A stretch of DNA of 64,000 nt, taken from an uncultured bacterium. GTDB taxonomy: Bacteria > Verrucomicrobiota > Verrucomicrobiia > Limisphaerales > UBA8199. The stretch covers positions 128,001 through 192,000 of the forward strand of contig CAVVMW010000008.1 in assembly GCA_963749495.1 (NCBI GenBank). The letters run 5' to 3'. This document shows, one piece after another, positions 10,891 through 22,713 of this stretch. Both the position numbers and the translations under genes were made by a program. Each line of letters begins with the position of its first letter. The first letter of the stretch is position 1. The notes under the pieces were generated by a model that saw nothing but the letters and a program-made list of their open reading frames with translations, was not told the DNA's origin and searched no databases.

Positions 10891-12342
10891 CTATTATCAT
10901 TCCCCATCGTGGATACCGGCCAAACCAAGTGCTACGATAACCGCCGCGAAATCGCGCCGCCGGGGCCAGGCCAGCCTTTCTACGGCCAGGATGCCCAATG
11001 GCCCCGCCACCCCGCCAGTTTCACACTGAGCGCGGATGGCCTGACCGTGCACGACAACATCACCGGCCTAACCTGGCAGCGCAGCCCCGATACCGACGGT
11101 GACGGCGCATTGACCTCCCGCGACAAATTAACCTGGGCCCAGGCGCAGGCGCTTCCGCCCAAGCTCAACGCGGCCAAATTCGGCGGCTTTGACGACTGGC
11201 GCCTGCCCTCCATCAAGGAGCTCTACTCGTTGTTCGACGCGCGCGGCACCGATCCGAGCGGTCCCATGGACCTTGGCGCCTCCCGCCTCATTCCCTTTCT
11301 CGACACGAACTTCTTCAAGTTCGCCTACGGCGATCCGCGCGCGGGGGAACGGCTGATTGACTCGCAGTATGCCTCGAGCACCAGGTACGCGGGCAACTCG
11401 GTGCGGGGCATGGGAAAAATCTTCGGCGTGAACTTCGCCGATGGCCGGATCAAGGGCTATGACCTGTACATGCCGGGGGGCGGCACTGAGAAGACGTTTT
11501 TCGTGCTGTGCGTGCGCGGCAACCCAGCGTATGGCAAGAACGACTTTTACAACAACGGTGACGGCACGATTACGGACCGCGCCACTGGTCTGACGTGGGT
11601 CCAGACGGACAGTGGCAAAGGCATGAACTGGCAGGATGCGCTGGCCTGGGTGCAGCAGAAGAATGCGGAGCATTACCTTGGCCACGGCGATTGGCGGCTG
11701 CCGAGTGTGAAGGAGCTGCAGAGCATTGTGGACTACGCGCGCTGCCCGGATGCCACTCAGTCACCGGCGATTGACCCTCTCTTTCGCCGCACGATCATCA
11801 CCAACGAAGCGCACCAGACCGACTATCCGTTCTACTGGTCGGCCACGACGCACGTTGGGCTGGGAGGCGGCAGCGGCGCAATGTACGTCGCCTTTGGCCG
11901 TGCCGCAGGCTGGATGCCGCCACCGGGCATGAGGGGAGGACCGCCGGGCAGACGCGGCGCCTTTGGCCCCGGGCCTGGGTTCGATAGACCGCCCCCTATC
12001 GGACCGGGAAGGCCACCGCCCTTCGGGCCGGATGGTCCGCCACCCCCTGGTTCGGATGGAGGGCCACCCTTTGGCCCGGAGGGGCCGCCGAGACCCGATG
12101 CCGCCGGGCCTCAAAGGCCGGGACCCGAAGGCGGAGACTCTAGCGGTTATCACTATGTGGATGTTCATGGCGCCGGTTCGCAACGTAGCGACCCCAAGGC
12201 GGGCGATCCGGCGATGTTCCCTCACGGCCGCGGTCCGCAGGGAGACGTCATTCGCATTTACAACTTCGTGCGCTGCGTGCGAGGAGGAGAACCGCTTATT
12301 TCCAGAACTCCCGCACCACCCGCTCCCACTCGTCAGCCATGA
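10891..12342 (+). CDS. DUF1566 (Lcl C-terminal) double-domain protein lacking its own start; Pro/Gly-rich insert
   Basis: FPIVDTGQTKCYD; DNITGLTWQ...DWRLPSIKELYSL; second repeat DRATGLTW...DWRLPSVKELQSI; VRCVRGG. Confidence 0.8.
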   Translation, partial: LLSFPIVDTGQTKCYDNRREIAPPGPGQPFYGQDAQWPRHPASFTLSADGLTVHDNITGLTWQRSPDTDGDGALTSRDKLTWAQAQALPPKLNAAKFGGFDDWRLPSIKELYSLFDARGTDPSGPMDLGASRLIPFLDTNFFKFAYGDPRAGERLIDSQYASSTRYAGNSVRGMGKIFGVNFADGRIKGYDLYMPGGGTEKTFFVLCVRGNPAYGKNDFYNNGDGTITDRATGLTWVQTDSGKGMNWQDALAWVQQKNAEHYLGHGDWRLPSVKELQSIVDYARCPDATQSPAIDPLFRRTIITNEAHQTDYPFYWSATTHVGLGGGSGAMYVAFGRAAGWMPPPGMRGGPPGRRGAFGPGPGFDRPPPIGPGRPPPFGPDGPPPPGSDGGPPFGPEGPPRPDAAGPQRPGPEGGDSSGYHYVDVHGAGSQRSDPKAGDPAMFPHGRGPQGDVIRIYNFVRCVRGGEPLISRTPAPPAPTRQP

Positions 12343-12526
12343 GTTGGTGGCCGCGGTAAGTGGGATGCACGTTGTCCCAGATCCAGTAGTCGGCCGGCGC
12401 GATTCTCGCGGCCTCGTCAAAGACCCTCTGGAAATGGAGCAGCACGGCGCCGTGCTTTTGCGCCAGACGCGCTACGATCTCCTGCCGACGGCGGATGCCG
12501 CTGTCCCTGGTTCCGGCAGGCTTCAC
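12296..12526 (-). pseudogene. C-terminal fragment of an SGNH/GDSL hydrolase
   Basis: WIWDNVHPTYRGHQLMADEW (DxxH block V); N-terminal GDS block absent. Confidence 0.7.
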
Positions 12527-15026
12527 AAAGGAGTCGCTCGCCCAAGCAGGTTGATCTCGCGGTACACGTTGAATCCTAACGGACCATCGTCAAACTCGAA
12601 GCGGACGGCCACAACGCCTCGCGCGTTCACCGGGAGGCGCGATTCGGTTGCTCCGCCGGTGGACGGCCTGGAGCCGGTGGCGAGCTTCACGAATTTCCCG
12701 GGTTCGCCGGCATAGGCGGCCAGCACGGTGTAGGCTTGGCTGGCCCGAGCATCCGGGTGGCCCGCGAAGGTTCGGATCTCGTTCAGATCGCAGGGCTGCC
12801 TGAGCCGCAGTGTCAGCCAGTCCCCCTTGCCGTAGCCACGAAAGGTCTGGCCGTCATCGGCGGTGTCAGTGCCGCCGGAGCCATTGCGGGTGGTGCCGTT
12901 AAACAGCGCGCTAGCGTCCGTACCGCCGCCGGTGTGCGTGCAATGATCCTCGGCGCCGGCCAGAAACCGGTGTAGCAGATCATCCTTCACCACGTCGCCC
13001 TCGTGATCCTCGTCACCGGCCTCGCTCATTTCCTCTTCAGGGGAGGCGGGCGGGAGCGGCTTGAGCTTGCCGATGACCTCAAAATGGTATGTGCCGGAAG
13101 AAAGGTGAACTACCTGCTCGACTTTGCGGCCATCAAGCGTGATCGTCGGTTGGTCGAAGCGGGAGGTGGGCACAGTCACTTCAGCTTCCTTACCGGCGGG
13201 AATGCCCACGTCCAGCGTCAGCTTTTCTTCGCCCAACGCCCAGGATACGGCCACGTCACCATGCGGAGTCGGCACGCTGCCTTTGGCCCAGGCCAGGTCG
13301 CACAGCGCGGGGCGGATAACGACCGTTTTCGACCCCGGCGCCCCCGTGGTCACTCCAAGCACCCGCGCCGACATTTGGACCAACGGCGTCGAGCACCAGC
13401 CATGGCTCAGGTCGCCGCCATTCCACATCTCGCGGAAGGATTGCGTCGCCGGCACAATGCGCCAGCGGCGCAGTTGGCCCGTGCCGTATTGGTCGAACAA
13501 TCCGGCATGGTCAATGGCCGAAAACACCCAGTGCATGAACCACGGCTGCGTGTTGAGCGGACGCGCCGCGAGCACCCGCTCAACCATGGCCGCCTGCCGT
13601 TCGCGCGGCGCCAGATCGTAGAGCACCGCCAGGAGATTCACGTGCGAGCTGAACGTCTCGATGTCCTTGTCTGCCGGCAGCCACTGGCCCGGTTTGACCG
13701 AGCTTTGGAACGGCTTCCCATCCCGATAGAGCCCTTTTTCAGCCGCCCACAGTTCCCGGTTGAAAGCTCCCACGAGTTCGACGCGCAGCCGGCTATACTT
13801 TTCAGCACGGGCCATGTCGCCGTCCATCGCCGCCACGCGCGCCGCCATCTCCAGCCCGTGATAATACAGCGCCGTGAGGTAGCCTTGCCCAATCACCGCG
13901 GGCGGGTGATGACAGTTGAACCCGCCAATGTCCACCCAATCCATGAACATGTAGTTCGGCGCCTCGGAGATGAGGCCGTTGGCGCCGCGCCATGATGCGT
14001 AGGTGTCCAGCAACGCGTGGACATTGGGCGCCAGTTCCCGGACGAGCGACTGGTCGCCCGTGTAGTCGTAGTAATCCATGAGCATTCGCCGCCGTCCAAA
14101 ATCACCCATGCGCCCTCGTGCGCCCGTATCGTGACCCGTGCGCCTTTACCGCCTTTCACCTTCAAGGTCGGATAGGCGCTGAGCACCCGGTCGAACACCA
14201 CGCGAAAGCGGCCGTCCTGGATCATGGTCCTGCCCGGCAGCCCCTCGAGCCGCTGGACTGGATAGCGCGCCTCCATCAACGGAGGAATCTCGCTGGGCAC
14301 GAGCGGTTTCCAAACATCCTTTGCCTCCCGGCACGCCGGCCAGGCTCCGTCGTCAAAGCCCGGTGAGCGCCAACCGGCAGGCTCCTTGCCGGCATCGTAA
14401 GTGGCTGGGTCAGGAAACTGCGCCGCCGGCAACGCCCGCCAGGTCGCGTCCGACTTCACGGTCAACTTCTCCAGCCCCGGCAGCGTGACGTTTGCCTCGA
14501 AAAGGAACCCTGGGCTGCCCCGTGAGACCGTGGAGCCGACCGGCCATTGGCGGAACACCTCGGCGGCAACGACGTTGCGGCCTTTCCGGAAGAAGGGCGT
14601 CAGATCACGGCAATCATAAAACCAGCGGTGCGTATCGCCGCCGGCATAATCGCGGCCCATGTCCACCGGCCCGCGCGAGACGAGCCGGCCGTTGACGTAG
14701 AGCCGGTATTTCATGTCCGCCGTCATCCAGGCGACCACTTGCGCGGGCACCTCGGCCAGCGTGACCTCTTTGCGGAACATCCCGACGGTCGGTGATGTCT
14801 CTGCCCCGAGCCAAATCCATGTTGCCTGCCAGGGCGACGGTTTCCGGCATTGGTTCACAAATGTATAACCCTTCACTTGGACACCTTGTTCGTCCACCCG
14901 CGGCGTCATCCCCGGATATTCCACTGGCCCGCGTGGATCCACTGGGGTGTCGAGGGCGCCTGCTGCCAAGGCCCGCATCGTCGCCAGCACAAGCCCGCAC
15001 CGCACCATCGCTTGGGTCGCTATCAT
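12523..15026 (-). pseudogene. alpha-L-rhamnosidase (GH78) with internal deletion/frameshift near 14085
   Basis: N-part TADMKYRLYVNGRLVSRGP; C-part DYYDYTGD, FMDW, SHGWCSTP, KGSVPTPHGDVAVSW; two frames, middle missing. Confidence 0.8.
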
Positions 15027-15171
15027 GACCCAAGCTTGCCGCGTTCCGCGGCGATGGTCCAGTACATCGCCTTTCGCGCGTCCATTCGCGGTTAAAAAGA
15101 ACCTCACCTGTTCGCGACAGGTTTCGGAATTCAAGGACTCCGGCCCGAGGACGCGGTGCCAAGTCTGGGTT

Positions 15172-15756
15172 CTATGGCTCGCAGTCGTCTAATTTTATCG
15201 TGCGCACGCCGAATCTCGGGATGGCGAGTTCTACCGCAGTGCGGCGACCCGGCATCACTGTAGTGCGCAAAGTCTCGCGCGTGTTGCCGTTCAATTCTAC
15301 CAGGCTCACGTTTGCGGCCCGTCCGTCCAGGCTCAATCGTTGCGCGCGATCATCGCCGGCGGCATTGAAGAGCCAGATGAACCGACTTTTTCCTTCGACC
15401 ATCATCGTGGTCATCTCCCAACCCGAGCCCGAAAGCTCCAGCATGGATTGGCGTCCCTCCCTGGCGGGGCCATTGGAATTTGCCAGCACAGCCGTCAAGG
15501 GTTCATTCCAGGCGGCGCTTTCTCCGGATATTTCCCCTTGATCCCAGCGTCCGCGATGGGGAACCAGGGCGTAATGCACGGTGGTCGGCCCGGCTATGGA
15601 ATAGCGCCTGCCCCAAAGCCCGATGCCTGAGTATTGCAGGACCAGCCCCAGGGGATGATCCTCCCCGTGCACATAGCTGGTGGTATGGTCCGTCAATAAG
15701 GCCAGCCCATAGTCCCCGGTTGCATCAGTCACATCCAGCCATTGCAGGACCACGTT
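15172..15756 (-). pseudogene. C-terminal fragment of a GH38 alpha-mannosidase-like protein
   Basis: GLALLTD...YALVPH...WNEPL...LFNA...PRFGVRTIKL; begins a few bases after the upstream stop, no N-terminus. Confidence 0.6.
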
Positions 15757-15760
15757 GTTC

Positions 15761-16357
15761 TTAATCCCGTCCCAAGTTTTTGAAGACTTCCGTGGCGGTT
15801 TTGAGGAACAGGTCGCGCGCCGCCCACTGGTCGGGTCCGGGGCATTGCATCATGAAAACGGCCACCATTCCCGTCTTCGGGTTGACCGACAGATCGGTGC
15901 CATAGGCGCCGTCGTGGCCAAACATGCCGTTGCGCAGGTGATAGCCCAGGCTGTAGTTGACCTTGGTGGCCCCGGTTTGCTCCTTGCGCAATTCCTCCAT
16001 GGCCGCGTGGGACAGGTAGCGTTTGCCGTCCAGTTCGCCATTGTTGGCCAGCATCATGATGGAGGCGCCGGCGAACATCTTCGTCATCGACGCAATCCAG
16101 AACAGGTTGTCTTCGCGGAGCGGTTGCTTGGCCTCGACATCGGCGTAGCCGAGCACATTCTGGTAATGGACCTTGCCGGTCTTGTCGGCAATAATCGTGA
16201 CGACGCCCGCCAGCTTGTAGCTGTCCAGATAAGGCTGCATGGCCACCGTCACTTCCGGGCTGGCCGGAGGTTCCTTTTCAGCGGCGATACCGGAGCCAGC
16301 GCCGAGCGCCGCCGTCAGCACGAATATGAGCGGGGCGCGGAAATGATCTTCTTTCAT
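15761..16357 (-). pseudogene. Serine hydrolase (beta-lactamase fold) with in-frame internal deletion
   Basis: Signal peptide; FWIASMTK (SxxK) joined directly to MMLANNGELDGKRYLS...FGHDGAYGT; only 198 aa, central YxN region missing. Confidence 0.8.
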
Positions 16358-16527
16358 GTCTATGATTCTTGCGTCAGGAGAATAGAAGGCGCGGGCTTTG
16401 TCAACCCCGCGACGATTCCGCGATTCCGCGGCCTTATGCTCACCTTCGCTCGCGGACCGCGCGGACTGTGATCCCTGAGAATGGTGCTTGCCAGATGACC
16501 AGGCGCTATCTACTCCTGGGCCCGGAC

Positions 16528-19500
16528 ATGAAACCAGCCATTTCAGCCCGATCGATTCTCTCAAAACCCTGCATTCGTTCCCGATCGGCGAGGCCCTTTT
16601 CGGTCTGGTGCACCCTGCTTTGCCTGGCAACCGCTTCGCTGACATGTGCGCAGACCATCACGCTGCAGTCGCTCTTGTTGGAGATGGCCGATCGCGACGC
16701 GGCCGCCCGGTTTCCGGCGCCGCGCTACCAGTGCCTTCAGGCCTCGAGCTACAATCGCGCCTCCACCAATCGGAACCAACCCAACCAGGATACGACCGGG
16801 TGGTTCGCCGACAGCGACGGCACCGGCTACCTGCGCACGGAGACAGAGAACGGGCGGCAGGAATGGGTCATCATGGAGCATCAGGGCCCGGCTGCATCAC
16901 GGCGATGTGGACGCCGTTCTTCTACTACGATTTCAACGAGCGCACGGGGCCGAACCTGCGCATCTACCTGGATGGCGCGGAGACGCCGGTGATCGACGAG
17001 TCCTTTATCAAGCTGGTGCGCGGGGAGGGCACTTTTGGCGCGCCGTTCGCGACCAAGACCGCGCGGGCGGGCGATTCCTATGTGCCCATCCCCTTTGCCA
17101 AGAGCTGCAAAGTGACGCTCGCGAAGAAGTCGTTTTATTACCGCATCAACTATCGCTCCTATCCGGAAGGCACCAAGGTGGAAACCTTCACGGTCGAGGG
17201 ATACCGCGCGGCCGCCGCGGACCTCGAAAAGGCCGGTCGCGCGTTGACCGCCCTGCCGGAATCGCTCCCCGATGCCATTCGAAGATCGGCCAGCGTGCCG
17301 GCGGGCGGCGAACTGGGGCTGAAGCTTGCTGCCGGGCCAGGCGCAATTCGCCAGCTCACTGTACGGTTGCCGACCGCCGCCAGGCGTCCCGAAGCCCTTC
17401 GTTCCACGGTCCTGGCCATGACCTTCGACGGCGAGCCAACGGTATGGTGCCCCCTGGGCGATTTCTTCTGCAGCGCCGATTCGCTGCACCCGGTGCAGAC
17501 CTGGCAACGGATGGTGACCGCGGACGGCACCCTGGTCTGCGGCTGGGTAATGCCCTACCGGGAGGCCGCGGCGATTCGCTTGCTGAACTTGGGCAAGGAG
17601 GCGGCGGAAGCAACCCTGGAGGTGAACGCCGCGGGCTGGCACTGGGATGACCGTTCGATGCACTTCCACGCGAACTGGCGTCCTGACGATGTGGTGCCCG
17701 GTACGCCCTTCCGGGATTGGAACTACATTGATATCCGCGGGCAGGGCGTCGTCGTGGGCGACGCCTGGACGGTGTTAAACGTGCAGGGGAGCTGGTGGGG
17801 CGAGGGTGATGAGAAGATCTACGTGGACGACGCGTGGGACAAAGGCTTTCCGACCCACTTCGGCACCGGCACGGAGGATTATTACGGCTGGGCCGGCGGG
17901 GAGGTTCCCACGCGTAAAGACGAGTTCAGCACGCCGTTTCTGGCCAACGCTCGGGTCGGCGGGCTGGACGGCTATACCACAGGATTCAATATCTGCACGC
18001 GCACCCGCAGCCTCGACGCGATCCCGTTTGCCAAGCGGCTGGTGTTTGATATGGAATCCTCCTTCGGCACCGACATTCGGAACCCATGGAATCTGCTGGG
18101 CTATTCGGCGGTCACTTTCTGGTATGCAAAGCCGGGCGCGTCCCACAATCGCCCGGCGCGGCCAGCCGAAGCGGCTCGCCCGACTATGGCGCTGGCCGAG
18201 GTGAAGGCCAAAGCCGACGCGATGCACGAGACCTTCCGCCGTCACGAGGGCAAGGCCCTCCTGATATTTGCGGAACGACGCGAGGTTCCGCTGCGGCCCG
18301 AGCAGGGGCTTGCCGCCAACTGGCCGGCCGAAATGCCGACGCCGGCGCTGGCCTTCAGTGGCGTGGCCCGGCCCGGCGAGTTCTTCGTGTTTCAACTCGG
18401 GGTCTATGCGCTGAAGGACACCGGGCCGCTGGCGGTCACGTTCCAGCCGCTCACGGGCGCCAAGGGTACCATCCCCGCCGAGGATTTGCGTTGTCTGAGT
18501 CTCGGCGGAACGAACTACCTCGGTCAGCCGTTTAATAAGGAGATCGCTTTGAAACGCGGTCAGTTGCAAGCGCTGTGGGTCGGCGTGGCCGTGCCCGCCG
18601 GCGCGCAGGGTGTTTTCACCGGCACGGCACAACTCCGCGCCGGCCCGGATACCGCCGTCCCCATAAGCATCACGTTGCGGGTCGATGGAGCGCCGGTGAC
18701 CGACAGCGGCGACGGGGAAGCGAAGAACCTCTCGCGGCTGCGCTGGCTGGATTCGACTGCGGGCAGCGAAGCGACCCTCACCCAGCCGTTCACTGCCGTG
18801 CAGGCGGAGGGCCGGGTCATCAAGGTCTTGGGTCGCGAACTGGAGCTGGACGAGGCGGGACTGCCCGCACGCATCCTCAGCCATTTCTCGCCGGCCAACA
18901 CGCGGATCCAAGAGACCATGCGCGAAATCCTCGCCCGGCCTGCGGACTTCGTCGTCGAGACCAGCGCGGGTCCGGTCTCCTGGCAAAGCAGGTTTGGGCG
19001 ACTGACGCACACGGACCTGGAAGCGACCTGGACCGCGAGCAGCGCGGCCGACGGGTTGCGGGCCGAAGTCGCCGGTCGTCTCGATTTCACCGGTTCGGGC
19101 GAGGTGCGCCTGCGGCTGGTTGCCGAGCGGGACCTGGAGCTGCGGGACGCACGCCTCGAGCTGCCCTTTGCCGAAGAGGCCGCGCGTTACTTCATGGGCT
19201 TGCACCGGGAGGGCGGGCGGCGTCCCGAAGCCGTGCATTGGAAATGGGACACTACGAGGCACCAGGACTGCTTCTGGCTGGGCGATGTGAACGCGGGTCT
19301 GATGCTGCGTTTCAGAGACGCCCAATACCTGCGTCCCCCGGTGAACGTCTATTATTCGTTCCGCCCACTGCGTCTGCCCAAATCCTGGGGCAACGATGGG
19401 CGGGGCGGCGTAAACGTGAACCTGGCCAGGGACCAGCGCGTGTTGGTCAGCGCCTACAGCGGGTCGCGCACGCTCAAGGCGGGCGAGGCGCTCGATTTCA

Positions 19501-20783
19501 TTTTCGAGCTTTACCTGACGCCGTTCCGCACGCTGGACACCGAGAAACAGTGGGCGGTGCGGTTTACGCACCTGGGCGGACCGGGACGCCAGGCCATTGA
19601 CGATGCCGTGACTCACGCCGACGCCCAGCACGGGCCCAACGTGGTCAACGTCCACCATGCCAGTTTCTACTCGCCCTACATCAATTATCCCTACAGCGAC
19701 GATTCGTTCTCCGAATTCCGCCGGCTCGTGAAACGCGCGCACGAGCGGGGCGTCAAGCTGCGTGTTTATTACACCACTCGGGAGATTACGCAGAACATGC
19801 CGGAGCTGTTGCCGCTGCACGCGCTCAACGCCGAGATCATCCTGCCCGGTCCGGGCCGCGACGCGCGCACGCTGCTGCATCCGCAAGGCCCGCACGTCTG
19901 GCTGGTGGAGCACCTGGGCGGAGAATTCATCCCGGCGTGGGAGGCGCAAGTGGGCGCGCCCTACGCGGACCTGGACCTGTCGGTCCTCACCACGCCCGAT
20001 TCTCGCTGGAACAACTTCTACCTGGAAGGCCTCCGGTGGCTGGTGGAGAAATCGGACTTCGACGGCATTTACATTGACGACACCGCGCTGGACGCGACCA
20101 GCCTGCGCCGCGCGCGACGCATCCTGGACTCGCGCCCCGGCCTGCTCATTGACCTGCACACCTGGAACCACTTCAACCACTGGGCCGGCTTCGCGAACAA
20201 CCTGACCATCTACATGGAAATCCTGCCTTACCTCGATCGCCTGTGGCTGGGGGAAGGCTTCGACGCCAGCAGGGTGTCGCCGGAATTCTGGCTGGTGGAA
20301 ATGTCCGGTTTGCCTTTCGGCCTGATGAGCGAGATGCTCGATGGCGCGAATCCGTGGCGCGGGATGGTCTTCGGCGAAACGGCGCGTTTGCCGTGGTCCG
20401 GAGACCCGCGCGGTATGTGGAAGGTCTGGGACGACTTCGGCATCCAAGGCACCGAGATGCTACCCTTTTTCCTGAGAGATTGTCCGGTCCAGTCGGACCA
20501 CACGAACGTACTGGCCACGGTTTACCGAAAGCCGGGCCGCAGTTTCGTGGCCCTGGGCAGTTGGGCCAAGGACGAGGAGCGGGTGGATCTTCGCATCAAT
20601 TGGCCGGCGCTGGGACTTGACCCGGCGCGCGCGAGGCTCTATGCCCCGCCCATCCCGAACATGCAGACGGAGCGCCGCTGGAAACCGGGTGAGCCGATTT
20701 CCGTCGCGCCCGGGCGCGGCTGGTTTCTGGTGCTCGACGAGGTCGCGGGCCAGGCCAAGCCCGAGAGCCCAAGGTACCCATGA
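16528..20783 (+). CDS. DUF2961 (GH172-like) + DUF6067 glycoside-hydrolase-like fusion; frameshift near 16885
   Basis: QASSYNR, GPGCITAMW, WWGEGDEKIYVD, GTGTEDYYGW; then GEFFVFQLGVYA, SRLRWLDS, PYINYPY, YYTTRE, DGIYIDD. Confidence 0.75.
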
Positions 20784-20814
20784 AAGCTCGACACTCCTTT
20801 CGGCCCTGATGGCG

Positions 20815-22512
20815 ATGAAAACGATCCACTTCCTTTTGCTGGCGATGGCCTGTTCGGCCACGGTTCCGGCTGCGGGTTCCACAACCTTGCCAAAGAAACT
20901 CATTATGACGGGCTGGGACAGTCCGGATACGGCCCAATTCCGGCGGGACATACGCTCGATGGAGCAATGGCCCTTTGATGGGGCGGTCATCTACGCTCGG
21001 GGCTTGGGAAGCGACGGCAAGTCGTTTGATGCTCGGACCGCCTTCAACACCAACCATTGGGGGTTAACCTGCTTCAGCAATGCCTTGGCCAACCTGAAAG
21101 CCGCCCGCTCGGACAAGCTCACCGACAATTTCCTCGTTTTCGGAGCCAACCCTGGCAACGTGGACTGGTTCGATGACGCCGGCTGGAAAGAGATTCGTGA
21201 GCACTGCCGATTGCTGGCAAGGTTGGCGCATGCGGGCGGTTTGAGGGGACTGCTGTTTGATCCGGAACCGTACACCGAGCCATACAAACAGTTCGCCTAC
21301 CGCAATCAGGCAGGTTGCACACGGCACTCGTTCGAGGATTACAGCCAGCAGGCCCGGCAGCGTGGACACGAGGTCATGGAGGCAGTTGTGGCCGAGTATC
21401 CGAATGCGGTGTTATACACGTATTTTCTTCTCAGCGAATGCTCCCATGCCCTGGGAACGGGCGACGATCCACATGCCGAGCTGTCCAATGACGGCTACGG
21501 GTTGCTGCCGTCGTTTGCAGACGGTTTGCTGGACCGGATGCCGAGCGCGGTCACGCTCATTGACGGCAATGAAGGGGCCTATCGCTACAACAGCGACGCG
21601 GCTTTCGATGCCGCCTTTGTGCGCATCAAGAACGCGTGCCAGGCATTGGTCTCGCCGGAAAACCGGACGAAATTCCGGGCGCAGGTGCAGGTCAGCCACG
21701 GCATTTACCTGGACGCGTACGTCAATCCGCCCAACTCGCCCTGGTACATTGATGGCCTGGGTGGGCCGCGAGTGGACCGGCTGGAACAAAACGTCGCCGG
21801 CGCGCTGCGCGCGGCGGACCAGTACGTGTGGGTTTATGGTGAGCGTGCCCGTTGGTGGCCGCCGCGTGAGCCGGACGCGACAGCTCCGAAGACCTGGGCG
21901 GAGGTCTTGCCGGGGATCGAGTTCGCCTTGTTGAGCGCCAAGGACCCGGCGGAGGCGGCGCGACACAAGCTCAAGGAGATGCGCTCGGCGGGCACGTTGA
22001 CCAACCTCCTCTTGAACGGGGATTTCACGGCGGCCAAGGATGGCCAGCCGGAGTCGTGGGGCCATTGGCAGGATGAAAAGCAGTCGCATGGTTTGTTCAG
22101 CCATGATCCGGCCCTGGGTGCGGCCAGGCCGGGTTCAGGCTGTTTGAGCGGTATTGAGCACGGTTGCTTCGTCCAGGCCGTGAAGATAGGGCCGGGCCGG
22201 CGGTATCTTCTCTCCGCCAAGATCCGGCAAAGCGGTGCGGGCGCAGCCTGGCTGATGGCCCGCTGGCAGACAGCGGAAGGGAAGTGGACCGCCGAGGACC
22301 GGGATGTGCGCTTGGCTCCCGCGCCCGGGGCTGCGGATCCGTCGTCCTGGCGCGAGGTGACGGGCCTCGTCAGCGTGCCGGCGGGCGTGGGACAACTGGT
22401 GGTGCTGGCGGGGGCAAGCGGGCAGCAGACTCAGGATGACCGGGTGTGGTTTGATGACGTTCTGGTTGCGCCGGTCACCCCCAGCTCGAACATCCTTAAA
22501 GCCCCACACTAA
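20815..22512 (+). CDS. Secreted hypothetical protein, TIM-barrel-like N-domain and CBM4/9-like C-domain
   Basis: Signal peptide; PFDGAVI, GLLFDPEPY; NLLLNGDF...GRRYLLSAKIR...VWFDDV. Confidence 0.65.
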   Translation: MKTIHFLLLAMACSATVPAAGSTTLPKKLIMTGWDSPDTAQFRRDIRSMEQWPFDGAVIYARGLGSDGKSFDARTAFNTNHWGLTCFSNALANLKAARSDKLTDNFLVFGANPGNVDWFDDAGWKEIREHCRLLARLAHAGGLRGLLFDPEPYTEPYKQFAYRNQAGCTRHSFEDYSQQARQRGHEVMEAVVAEYPNAVLYTYFLLSECSHALGTGDDPHAELSNDGYGLLPSFADGLLDRMPSAVTLIDGNEGAYRYNSDAAFDAAFVRIKNACQALVSPENRTKFRAQVQVSHGIYLDAYVNPPNSPWYIDGLGGPRVDRLEQNVAGALRAADQYVWVYGERARWWPPREPDATAPKTWAEVLPGIEFALLSAKDPAEAARHKLKEMRSAGTLTNLLLNGDFTAAKDGQPESWGHWQDEKQSHGLFSHDPALGAARPGSGCLSGIEHGCFVQAVKIGPGRRYLLSAKIRQSGAGAAWLMARWQTAEGKWTAEDRDVRLAPAPGAADPSSWREVTGLVSVPAGVGQLVVLAGASGQQTQDDRVWFDDVLVAPVTPSSNILKAPH

Positions 22513-22713
22513 TCCCGGATTGACGGGGTGGTCGAACATCCTCTGGACCATCATCTCGGATCGCGGCAAACTCGGGCCGTAATGCGCTCAGGCAGTTGCC
22601 ACTTAGTGACCATGAAGTTCCGATCAGCACTTCGCTGACCTATCTTTTGGCTCGGAGCGGAAATGCCGCAGAACTGTTAAGCAGGATCGCCAGATGAACA
22701 CCATGACAAACAC

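Noticed and set aside
17775..20447. Long antisense ORFs (also 5942-7945, 53960-55420, 57573-59807)
   Set aside because: Shadow frames of high-GC genes with no motifs
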